Positions 10,523 through 19,328 of a stretch of DNA of 64,000 nt are shown here, piece by piece. How positions within the stretch are numbered: position 1 is the first letter of the stretch; each line of letters opens with the position of its first letter. The DNA is from an uncultured Candidatus Poseidoniales archaeon (GTDB taxonomy: Archaea; Thermoplasmatota; Poseidoniia; Poseidoniales; Poseidoniaceae). The position numbers and the translations under genes are program-made. Below the pieces are notes generated by a model. The model was given only the letters and a program-made list of their open reading frames with translations, ran no database searches and was not told the origin of the DNA. The stretch covers positions 7,121 through 71,120 of the forward strand of contig CACLCM010000006.1 of NCBI GenBank assembly GCA_902605365.1, in the 5' to 3' direction.

Positions 10523-12448
10523 ATGGCCTGGCGCAATATGACTCGTTGGCTCGCCCACTTGGAGAGCAAAGGAGAATTGATTCGTATCAGTGAACCGGTC
10601 GACGTCGAACTAGAAGCGGGCGCTATTGCGGATCGTTTAGTGAAAAGCGGCGGTTCTGCTGTAATTTTCGAAAAGCCGCGACTGCCAAACGGTGAAATCA
10701 GTGAAATCCCACTTGCGATGAATCTCTTCGGAACTCACGACAGGACATTGCGCGCTCTAGGCGCATCGCACCCCACCGAAGTCGGAGAGCGTCTGGTCGC
10801 GTTGATGAAACCCGATATTGGAGGAATTGTCAAGAGGCCTTGGACGGGACTACCACTACTTAGAGATGCAATTTCAATGCCTCCAAAGAAAGTCAGGAAG
10901 GGGTCATGCCAGCGTATTAGGATGGATACTGACGTCACTAAATTACCAATTCCAAAGACCTGGCCTATGGATGGTGGGCGTTTTATCACATTACCACTCG
11001 TAGTTACTAAAGACCCCAATTCTGGCGAACACAATCTTGGAATGTACAGAAGTCAGATATTTGGGCCAAAAGAGGTGGGCCTACACTGGCAAATACACAA
11101 ACATGGAGCAGACCATGCCGCTGCTTGGCCTGAAGGTAAAATGCCAGTTGCGATTTGTATAGGAGGACCTCCTGAGTTAATCTTCTCTGCTATCGCACCC
11201 CTACCTGATAATTTAGAAGAATACATGTTTGCGGGATTCCTAGCTAAACGTCGCTTGAGAATTACAAAGGCACTAACTCAGGATTTACTAGTTCCCGCAG
11301 ATGCAGACATAGTAATCGAAGGATGGGTTGATGCAACTCAAACGAGAACTGAAGGGCCCTTTGGAGATCACTTTGGATTCTATTCACTAACCGGACAATA
11401 CCCTGTATTGAATGTCACAGCCATAACTAGAAGGAAAAACGCTGTCCTTCCCGCCACCATTGTGGGCCAACCGCCTATGGAAGATGGATATCTTGGTGAA
11501 GCAATCGGTAAGCAATTCAGACCGATTCTGTCATTCCAACACCGAGATGTTCTTGATCTTCATTTACCACTAGAAACTGGATTCCACAATTTAGCTATTG
11601 TAAAGAGCAAGCAGAGGTATCCAAGACAAGCGCGTAAAACATGCCTGGGATTATTGGGTGCCGGCCAAATGATGTTTTTGAAAATACTAATCGCTACTGA
11701 CGAAAACCCGAGTGACCTTGAGGCGTTATTGGATGCCCTTAATGATAGAGTAGACCCGGAAACAGACCTGACAATAATCGAAGGCATGGTTGGAGATTCA
11801 TTAGAGCCGGCATCGACATTTGAGAATGTTCATTCGAAATTGATTATCGATGCAACAAAATTAGTTCCTGCAGACCCAAGAAGTGGCAATCCTCTCGAAG
11901 GATCTCCTATCGAAGACTGCCCTCCGTGGAGAAGAGGGGAAGAAGAGCCACCGGGTATTAGCGATGATTTACTCGGGAAAATATCTAATTTAGAAGATGT
12001 CGAAGATTGTCTTTTGTTGAGAAATTCGATGCTTGTAGTAACCCTGGATATAGAAGGAACACCGGAACCTAGGACCGGAGCACAATGGCCAAATGAAGAG
12101 AGTGCTGCCGCTAAAATTACTAAAATAAACCAATTGCGTAATTCAATTTGGCAATTGGACTCTGAAAAACAACTCCGATGGCTATTTTTCACAAATAATG
12201 ACCTTAATTTACATGGAGATGGAGCAAACCGAAGATTGCTTTGGCAACTGACTTCTAGATTTGCAGTTGAGAGAGATTTCTTGGTAGAACAAGGCAGGAT
12301 ATTTTGGGATGCAACAACGCCAATTCCTTCCAATGATGGTCCGTCTGTCGTGAGGCGTTGGCCAGCGATTACCATGCACGACCCTGAAACATTAGAGAGG
12401 ATTGAAAGATTTGATCTGCCACCTTGGCCTGATAATTTGGTGATGTGA
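10523..12448 (+). CDS. ubiD: UbiD-family decarboxylase (menaquinone/futalosine-pathway type, with C-terminal extension)
   Basis: WPMDGGRFIT, NLGMYR, HWQIHKHGA, EGPFGDHFGFY, TIVGQPPMED and GQMMF motifs. Start at MAWRN, 28 nt after a TTCATG box. Confidence 0.88.
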   Translation: MAWRNMTRWLAHLESKGELIRISEPVDVELEAGAIADRLVKSGGSAVIFEKPRLPNGEISEIPLAMNLFGTHDRTLRALGASHPTEVGERLVALMKPDIGGIVKRPWTGLPLLRDAISMPPKKVRKGSCQRIRMDTDVTKLPIPKTWPMDGGRFITLPLVVTKDPNSGEHNLGMYRSQIFGPKEVGLHWQIHKHGADHAAAWPEGKMPVAICIGGPPELIFSAIAPLPDNLEEYMFAGFLAKRRLRITKALTQDLLVPADADIVIEGWVDATQTRTEGPFGDHFGFYSLTGQYPVLNVTAITRRKNAVLPATIVGQPPMEDGYLGEAIGKQFRPILSFQHRDVLDLHLPLETGFHNLAIVKSKQRYPRQARKTCLGLLGAGQMMFLKILIATDENPSDLEALLDALNDRVDPETDLTIIEGMVGDSLEPASTFENVHSKLIIDATKLVPADPRSGNPLEGSPIEDCPPWRRGEEEPPGISDDLLGKISNLEDVEDCLLLRNSMLVVTLDIEGTPEPRTGAQWPNEESAAAKITKINQLRNSIWQLDSEKQLRWLFFTNNDLNLHGDGANRRLLWQLTSRFAVERDFLVEQGRIFWDATTPIPSNDGPSVVRRWPAITMHDPETLERIERFDLPPWPDNLVM

Positions 12449-12449
12449 T

Positions 12450-13253
12450 ATGGACTTCAAGCAAATCGCCTCATTTGTAAAAATTGAACATACCCTCTTC
12501 AGTTTACCTTTCGTATTCATTGGAGCATTTATGGCGGGAGAGCCTAGTTACTTGCAACTGTTTTGGATTGTAGTGGCTGCGATTGGCGCACGTGGTTTAG
12601 CTATGGGTCTTAATCGAATCATCGACAAAGACATCGATGCGGCCAACCCCCGTACTGCAAATCGTCATTTAGCCTCGGGTGCAATGTCGATGAAAACTGC
12701 CTGGTCGCTGTGTGCAATATTCCTAGTCATGCTAGTTGGTGGAGCTTGGATGCTAAATCCACTGTGCCTCTACCTTTCACCGATTCCAGTATTCGTGTTT
12801 GTAGTATATCCGTATCTCAAAAGATACACCTGGCTATGCCATTGGTGGCTAGGAGGGTGTCTTGCCCTAGCCCCTGCAGGCGCATGGGTAGCAATAACCG
12901 GCGAAATTTCTTCTAATTCATGGTATCCAGATTTACTATACGTTTCGATTGGAGTAGCGATTTGGATCGCTGCATTTGACCTTGGGTATGCTCAAATGGA
13001 TATTGAAAGCGACAAGCAGAACGGTGTGAAATCGTTTCCCGCTCGCTTCCAACCCCCAGTAACGATGACTGTCATGTTGCTATCAACTCCTCTATGGGCT
13101 GCTGCGTTTTCAGTGGTATCAGTATCAGGAACAATAATTTCTCTCGCATTGGTATTACTAGTATTGTCAGCATCAGGGCAACAATTCCAAAAATGGTGGT
13201 TTAGGGCTCATGTTTCCACAGGATGGATACTGCTTGCTGCAATGCAAATTTGA
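12450..13253 (+). CDS. ubiA: UbiA-family prenyltransferase (MqnP-like)
   Basis: KIEHTLFSLPF, NRIIDKDIDAANPRT, YPYLKRYT and QMDIESDKQNG motifs. Confidence 0.9.
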   Translation: MDFKQIASFVKIEHTLFSLPFVFIGAFMAGEPSYLQLFWIVVAAIGARGLAMGLNRIIDKDIDAANPRTANRHLASGAMSMKTAWSLCAIFLVMLVGGAWMLNPLCLYLSPIPVFVFVVYPYLKRYTWLCHWWLGGCLALAPAGAWVAITGEISSNSWYPDLLYVSIGVAIWIAAFDLGYAQMDIESDKQNGVKSFPARFQPPVTMTVMLLSTPLWAAAFSVVSVSGTIISLALVLLVLSASGQQFQKWWFRAHVSTGWILLAAMQI

Positions 13254-13279
13254 TAGAGCGGCAATAACCCCGCCCAATT

Positions 13280-13657
13280 ATGAATCCAATCGTTAAGTCT
13301 CTACTTGAATTCAACAAATCATTCGAAATACCTCGCCTAGACACTCCAGGACTAGGACCAGATGAATTAATTGAATTAAGAATCAAACTTCTAAAAGAAG
13401 AAGTTGAGGAATATGCTGAAGCTGCAAGAACTGGAGATTTGGTGGAAGTTCTAGATGCTTTGGCTGACATTGGCTACATTCTTGCTGGAACAATAATCAA
13501 TCATGGAATGCAAGATATTTATGATGATGCTTTCAATGAGGTTCATCGCTCAAATATGGCAAAGTTAGTCGATGGTAAAGTGATTAGAAGAGAAGATGGT
13601 AAAGTCCTGAAACCCGAAGGTTGGCAGGCGCCTCAACTAGCACAATTCCTCCAGTGA
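13280..13657 (+). CDS. MazG-like / PRA-PH all-alpha nucleoside triphosphate pyrophosphohydrolase
   Basis: EEVEEY...DALADIGY and EVHRSNMAK...RREDGKVLKP motifs. Confidence 0.88.
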   Translation: MNPIVKSLLEFNKSFEIPRLDTPGLGPDELIELRIKLLKEEVEEYAEAARTGDLVEVLDALADIGYILAGTIINHGMQDIYDDAFNEVHRSNMAKLVDGKVIRREDGKVLKPEGWQAPQLAQFLQ

Positions 13658-13688
13658 GTTATTGAGCAAGTGCTGTCCTACCGACGAT

Positions 13689-14414
13689 ATGCGCACCGCT
13701 TTAGTGACCGGGGGAGGCCGCGGCATAGGAGCCGCCATATCCCAACGTCTGGCTAAAGATGGATACAGAATTCTCCTTACATATTGTAATTCTTCCAAAC
13801 CTGCTGAAATGGTTGTAGATGAAATCAGAGACTCAGGAATAGACGCCGTAGCAGTGAACTGCGATGTGACCGATGCTAGAGAAGTCGCATTACTAGCAAC
13901 TCACCCATGGGTTGCTGAGGGCATAGATGCCCTGATCCTAAATCATGGCAGATACGACCGTATCGATGCAAAAGAACTCGATGTTGAGCACTTGAGAAGA
14001 ACGATGGCTACCAATTTCGAAGGGGCGTTTTTGATATGGGATTCTGTGAAATCACACTTGACTAATAATGCAAGAATATGCGTAATTGGTAGTCAACTAG
14101 GAACTAGAGGCTCCCCTCATGGGGCCGATTATTCAGCGTCAAAAGCTGCTTTAGCAATTTGGGCTAGTTCACTTGCCCAGTCTTTAGCACCTGAAGGCAA
14201 GCGAGTAAATATCGTGGCTCCAGGATTTGTAGACACGGATATTCTAGCAGGAGATAGCAAAGAAAAAAGGGCAAGTAGGGAAGAAGAAGTTCCTCTAAAA
14301 CGAATCGGAACTCCTGAAGATATTGCTGGAACCGTCTCTTTCTTAGTCTCCGAAGATTCGAATTATATCACCGGTACAGTGGTAAATGTAAATGGTGGAT
14401 TGTACCTTCCTTAG
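13689..14414 (+). CDS. Short-chain dehydrogenase/reductase (FabG-like)
   Basis: TGGGRGIG, YSASK, VAPGFVDT, IGTPEDIA and VNGG motifs. Confidence 0.9.
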   Translation: MRTALVTGGGRGIGAAISQRLAKDGYRILLTYCNSSKPAEMVVDEIRDSGIDAVAVNCDVTDAREVALLATHPWVAEGIDALILNHGRYDRIDAKELDVEHLRRTMATNFEGAFLIWDSVKSHLTNNARICVIGSQLGTRGSPHGADYSASKAALAIWASSLAQSLAPEGKRVNIVAPGFVDTDILAGDSKEKRASREEEVPLKRIGTPEDIAGTVSFLVSEDSNYITGTVVNVNGGLYLP

Positions 14415-14425
14415 GATGTGTTTAG

Positions 14426-16711
14426 ATGAGCGACCCCTTCGACATATCGAAGGCCCTTGAAGGGGCTGTCAAGGAACGCTTGTCGCCAGATGTTGCAAGG
14501 TTCAGAATTCACTCGGAACACCTGCCAGCAGGCGACCAAGAAAGTGCAATTGAAAAATTAGTTTCTCAATTGGAAAATAATCAAGAAAGATGTGTGCTTT
14601 TAGGAGTTACTGGGTCCGGTAAAACATTCGCAATGGCACACATAATTGAGAGGCTGAATATACCTACTTTGATCATAAGCCATAACAAAACTTTAGCCAG
14701 ACAACTTCATCAAGAAATGGCAGGATTATTCCCTGAAAATGGAGTTGAATATTTCGTTTCACATTACGACTATTATCAGCCTGAAGCATACTTACCAAAG
14801 AGAGACTTGTACATTGACAAAGAATTGTCAATAAATGAAAGAATCGAACAAGAAAGATTTGCTACTGTGGCCAGCCTTGTCAGCAGGCCCGATTGCATAG
14901 TCGTGTCTTCAGTTTCATGCATATATGGGCTGAATGCGCCTGAGACATTCCTGGCTTATCATTGCAGAATACACACTGGACAGGAGATTGAGCCAATTGA
15001 TTTGATACGAGAATTAGTTGCCCTACAATATAGCCGCACTACGACCGATCTGAAACGAGGCGAAGTAAGGCTAAGAGGAGAGAATCTCGATGTATGGATG
15101 CCCAGCCGTGACGACCCTTTACGAATTAGATTTGGATTTGAGGGCGTCGAACACATTCAGATTTGTGACCCGGTTACATGGGAAATATTAGATGAGTTAG
15201 ATGAGGCTTGGATTCATCCAAAAGAATTCTTCATGGTATCTCCTGAAAGATTCGAAGCGGCTTTGGAAAATATCGAGACTGAATTGGATGGAAGAGTTGC
15301 AGAACTCAAAAGTGAAAGCAAGGAACTTGAAGCCAACCGACTTGAACAAAGGACCAGATATGACCTTGAGATGCTGAGAGAAATAGGACATTGCACAGCT
15401 GTTGAAAATTACTCCATGCATTTTGATGGTCGTGAGCATGGAGAACGCCCTTACTGCCTATTGGATTTCTTTGCTGCAACCGCTAAACAATTCCACGGCA
15501 ATCCGGATAATTTCCTTGTGATAATGGATGAATCTCACGTCACACTACCACAGGTAGGAGGAATGTATGCAGGGGACAGAAGTAGAAAGCTGAACCTAAT
15601 CGAACATGGGTTTAGACTACCCTCTGCAGCAGATAACCGTCCACTGAAACAAAAAGAGTTCCAGAAACTTGTCCCTCAAATGTTGTATGTTAGTGCAACT
15701 CCTGGTGAGCGAGAGTTACTTCACCTGTGCGAAATAACTGGACAAGATGCACCTCTTGGTTTGCGCCATATGGCAGGTGGAGGCGGTGTTGATGAACCTG
15801 AATATTCAAAGAAACACCCAGATGCTGAAAGTATGTATGACATGCTGCAAATGATTGAAGAAATACCAAGAATGGAGATTAGGCCTACTGGTTTACTAGA
15901 CCCAACAATCGAAGTGAGAGATACTGAAGGCCAGGTCGCTGATTTGTTATCTGAAATTAATGCAAGAATCAAAGTTGGTGAAAGAACACTAGTTACAGTT
16001 CTCACAATCAAATTTGCAGAGGAAGTAGCCCAATATCTCAACAAGATGGGGATTAAAGCTCATCACTTACATTCAGAAATCGATACTATCGAAAGAACTG
16101 AGATCATAAATGCCCTCAGAATTGGCCATATCGACACCATAGTTGGAATCAACCTACTCCGAGAAGGTTTGGATATTCCTGAAGTAAGCCTGGTAGCAAT
16201 CTTTGATGCCGACAGGCAAGGTTTCCTCCGTAATGAAAGAAGTCTACTACAGACAATTGGGAGAGCCGCTAGAAATTCAAACGGGAAAGTAATTCTCTAT
16301 GCGGATTCAATGAGCCCTCCTATGACTGCATCAATACGTCAAACTCTGGAAAGAAGAGAGAGACAAATCGCACATAACGAAGAGAATGGAATTACCCCTA
16401 CCACCATTCAAAAAGCACTTCCAAAGATGGGAAGTGATGTTGATGATTTGATTGCAGGTACATCTGGGGGCAAGAGATTGGTTGGTTCTAAAGGAGGTCG
16501 AAAGGGAGGAGATTGGGCTAACAATCTCAATGTAGGAGCAGGCCAATGGGCACGTTCAGATTCCGTTGCTAGCAATATTTCTCAACCAATTGAAGAAATT
16601 GATTATTCAATTGAAGAATTAAAAGAGATGATGCAGCAAGCCGCACTCGAATTAGACTTCGAAAGAGCTGCTATGTTACGAGACAAAATCTTGGAAATGC
16701 AATCGTCATGA
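14426..16711 (+). CDS. uvrB: Excinuclease ABC subunit B
   Basis: GVTGSGKT, YDYYQPEAY beta-hairpin, DESH, SATP, GINLLREGLD, QTIGRAARN and C-terminal UVR motif LDFERAAMLRD. Confidence 0.96.
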   Translation: MSDPFDISKALEGAVKERLSPDVARFRIHSEHLPAGDQESAIEKLVSQLENNQERCVLLGVTGSGKTFAMAHIIERLNIPTLIISHNKTLARQLHQEMAGLFPENGVEYFVSHYDYYQPEAYLPKRDLYIDKELSINERIEQERFATVASLVSRPDCIVVSSVSCIYGLNAPETFLAYHCRIHTGQEIEPIDLIRELVALQYSRTTTDLKRGEVRLRGENLDVWMPSRDDPLRIRFGFEGVEHIQICDPVTWEILDELDEAWIHPKEFFMVSPERFEAALENIETELDGRVAELKSESKELEANRLEQRTRYDLEMLREIGHCTAVENYSMHFDGREHGERPYCLLDFFAATAKQFHGNPDNFLVIMDESHVTLPQVGGMYAGDRSRKLNLIEHGFRLPSAADNRPLKQKEFQKLVPQMLYVSATPGERELLHLCEITGQDAPLGLRHMAGGGGVDEPEYSKKHPDAESMYDMLQMIEEIPRMEIRPTGLLDPTIEVRDTEGQVADLLSEINARIKVGERTLVTVLTIKFAEEVAQYLNKMGIKAHHLHSEIDTIERTEIINALRIGHIDTIVGINLLREGLDIPEVSLVAIFDADRQGFLRNERSLLQTIGRAARNSNGKVILYADSMSPPMTASIRQTLERRERQIAHNEENGITPTTIQKALPKMGSDVDDLIAGTSGGKRLVGSKGGRKGGDWANNLNVGAGQWARSDSVASNISQPIEEIDYSIEELKEMMQQAALELDFERAAMLRDKILEMQSS

Positions 16712-16754
16712 CATAGTCATGGGTTTCATATGCTATAGCGCCACGCAATGTTTC

Positions 16755-17759
16755 ATGGCAATAGACCCAGAGTCATTTGACAAGCCTGTCAAAGATTATG
16801 ATTTTGCTAGTCTAAGTGATTCAAAATCACTTATCGACCAGATGGGGGATGCAGGTGGTTTCACTGCAACTAAGTTAGCCGATGCAAGAAATATTCTCAA
16901 GGACATGCGAACTGAAATAGACGCTGTTGATGCAGACTCCAGTAAAGTCACAAACTGGTTATCATTCCCTGCTTGCCTTTGTGCAACCGGAACTAGAGGA
17001 TTCTTTGTAGAGGCGATCAAAACCAAGATGTTCAATGTAGTTTCAACAACTTGTGGCACACTAGACCACGATATTGCCAGGGCATACAAGCACTACTACC
17101 ATGGCGCATTCGAATTAGACGACATCGAATTGAGTGAACACCAATTGATGCGCCTAGGTAACGTCATAGTCCCTAACGCAAGTTATGGTGAAATTATCGA
17201 AGCCGTAGTAATGCCTGTGCTTGAAGAGATCCGAAAAGACCGCCTTGCTGAAACCGGCAAAGAGGGCGCTGATGCCTGGCTAGGGTTCGGCTCAATTCAC
17301 CTAGTATGGGAACTTGGCAAGCGCATTGGTACCCCTGATTCATTGATTTACTGGGCGTATAAGAACAAGATTCCAGTCTGTATTCCAGGGATTACAGACG
17401 GAAGCATAGGGGCTCAATTATTCATGTTCAGACAGAAGTACCGTGACTTCCACATAGATACTCTGGCAGATGAACAAGTGATGAGCGATCTAACATGGGA
17501 TGTTGAGAAATCGAATGCTTTGATGGTCGGAGGTGGAATCTCAAAGCACCACGTAATTTGGTGGAATCAATACCGTGGAGGACTAGATGCTGCGGTTTAC
17601 ATTACAACCGCCCCAGAACACGATGGTAGCCTTTCAGGTGCACGCCTAAGAGAAGCAATCAGCTGGGGCAAGATGCGTCCTGAGGCCCCGAATGTTTGTG
17701 TTGAAGGAGATGCTTCAGTTCTTTTACCCCTACTGGGTAGTGATTTATTCGGAGAGTGA
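16755..17759 (+). CDS. dys: Deoxyhypusine synthase
   Basis: GGFTA, ITDGSIG, GGGISKHH and DGSLSGARLREAISWGK (catalytic Lys). Start at MAIDPES. Confidence 0.94.
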   Translation: MAIDPESFDKPVKDYDFASLSDSKSLIDQMGDAGGFTATKLADARNILKDMRTEIDAVDADSSKVTNWLSFPACLCATGTRGFFVEAIKTKMFNVVSTTCGTLDHDIARAYKHYYHGAFELDDIELSEHQLMRLGNVIVPNASYGEIIEAVVMPVLEEIRKDRLAETGKEGADAWLGFGSIHLVWELGKRIGTPDSLIYWAYKNKIPVCIPGITDGSIGAQLFMFRQKYRDFHIDTLADEQVMSDLTWDVEKSNALMVGGGISKHHVIWWNQYRGGLDAAVYITTAPEHDGSLSGARLREAISWGKMRPEAPNVCVEGDASVLLPLLGSDLFGE

Positions 17760-17763
17760 GATT

Positions 17764-19197
17764 ATGCGTACAATGTTTCTTGTATTTTTGATGCTAAGTG
17801 CATCCTTAGCAGGCTGTTTTGGTGAAGAAGAAAATGAAGTGGTCACTCCTAAACCAACAGTTTGGGATTTTGAAAGGCCTGAACTAACATGGTATCATTT
17901 TGCGGGAGCAGAAGATGCTTTTGAAAATTCTAGTTTTGAGTTCAATGGACGTAATGTCCCCTATCCTGCTGAAGGTTCTTACTACGGAATAGGCATGTCG
18001 ACATTCGAGCCAACAATGGGCATCACTCAAAGTGATATGATGATGATGAGTTCTTACGGCAATGGACCAGCAGGCTCTACAGCAATCATTTCTTGTGACC
18101 TAATTGGAATGCATGACGTATTGGATTACAGTTGTGAAAATATCTACGACCCATTCCTGCCAATTGCAAATTCTAATGACCCTTACATCTATGTAGACCC
18201 ATGGACAAGTAGAATCATGAAATTCGATATGCATGCCTTACTGGGAATGACTGTTGAATGGTCAGATGATGAAGGGGCAAGTTGGAATGGCCCAAGTATA
18301 GCTACTCAGATTTATTCAGTACAAGACCACCAAACAATTGCAAGTAGCAATATGCCTGCATTATTCCATCCTACGACCTGGATGTTCTGTATCAACGGAA
18401 ACGCACCTCACCCTCTATGCTCATCAAGTCAAGATGGAGGAGCAACTTGGGGTCCTGAAACATCAGGTGCTCCTATTTCCTGTAACTCTGGAGGATTATC
18501 AGCGCACTTAGTTGGAAGTATTGATGGAAACTTCTACCGTGGAAACAAGGGATGTACTGGCGATGGATACTCTGTATTTAGAACAACAAATGCAGGTATC
18601 AGTTGGACAGAACACGTTTTGCCTACTACAGAAACTGGTATCGCAGATACTTGGAATGCAGAAGAAGCCCAAGTCGAAGTCGATAGTGTAGGAAACGTAC
18701 ACGCAATGTGGATGGGGCTGGATAACATGCCATACTGGTCATATTCCATAGACCAAGGAGATACTTGGTCAAATGCTACTATGATCGCTCCACCAATTAA
18801 TCTCTCAGGTACTGGTTTCCCAGTAGTTGTAGCAGGAGATGCAGGTACTGTAGCATTCGGCTACGTTGGTGAGACTGAAGGCGAAGATGAAATTTGGAAT
18901 GCTTACCTAACCTATGCAACCGATGCTTTCAGTGAAAACCCATTATTCACAACAGTTCAGTTGAATGGAAATGATGACCCAATCGATATTGTTGTTGATT
19001 GTGGTTACAACCGCTGTGGTGGCCTTGGAGACTTCCTCGACATTAGAGTCGATGCGTATGGGCGAACTTGGTTCTCTCTATCTCACAATATTGCAGACAT
19101 CGGAATATTTGGAACAATCAGCTCAGGACCAAGTCTACGTGGTGAAAACATTACTATGCTTCCTGAAATGCCATTAGGTGGAATGCAGACTCTTTGA
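17764..19197 (+). CDS. Putative lipoprotein with BNR/Asp-box repeats (sialidase-like beta-propeller)
   Basis: LAGC lipobox; Asp-boxes SDDEGASW, SQDGGATW, TTNAGISW and SIDQGDTW. Confidence 0.78.
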   Translation: MRTMFLVFLMLSASLAGCFGEEENEVVTPKPTVWDFERPELTWYHFAGAEDAFENSSFEFNGRNVPYPAEGSYYGIGMSTFEPTMGITQSDMMMMSSYGNGPAGSTAIISCDLIGMHDVLDYSCENIYDPFLPIANSNDPYIYVDPWTSRIMKFDMHALLGMTVEWSDDEGASWNGPSIATQIYSVQDHQTIASSNMPALFHPTTWMFCINGNAPHPLCSSSQDGGATWGPETSGAPISCNSGGLSAHLVGSIDGNFYRGNKGCTGDGYSVFRTTNAGISWTEHVLPTTETGIADTWNAEEAQVEVDSVGNVHAMWMGLDNMPYWSYSIDQGDTWSNATMIAPPINLSGTGFPVVVAGDAGTVAFGYVGETEGEDEIWNAYLTYATDAFSENPLFTTVQLNGNDDPIDIVVDCGYNRCGGLGDFLDIRVDAYGRTWFSLSHNIADIGIFGTISSGPSLRGENITMLPEMPLGGMQTL

Positions 19198-19328
19198 AAC
19201 AACATCATTGCAGATAATACGGGTAATTATCAATACCCCCTATGTAAGGTGACAGTGGAATGCTGTTCCATTTGCTTAACATCTTGTCTTACGGGAATGG
19301 CTATTTACTAGCATACGGTAGATGGGTC

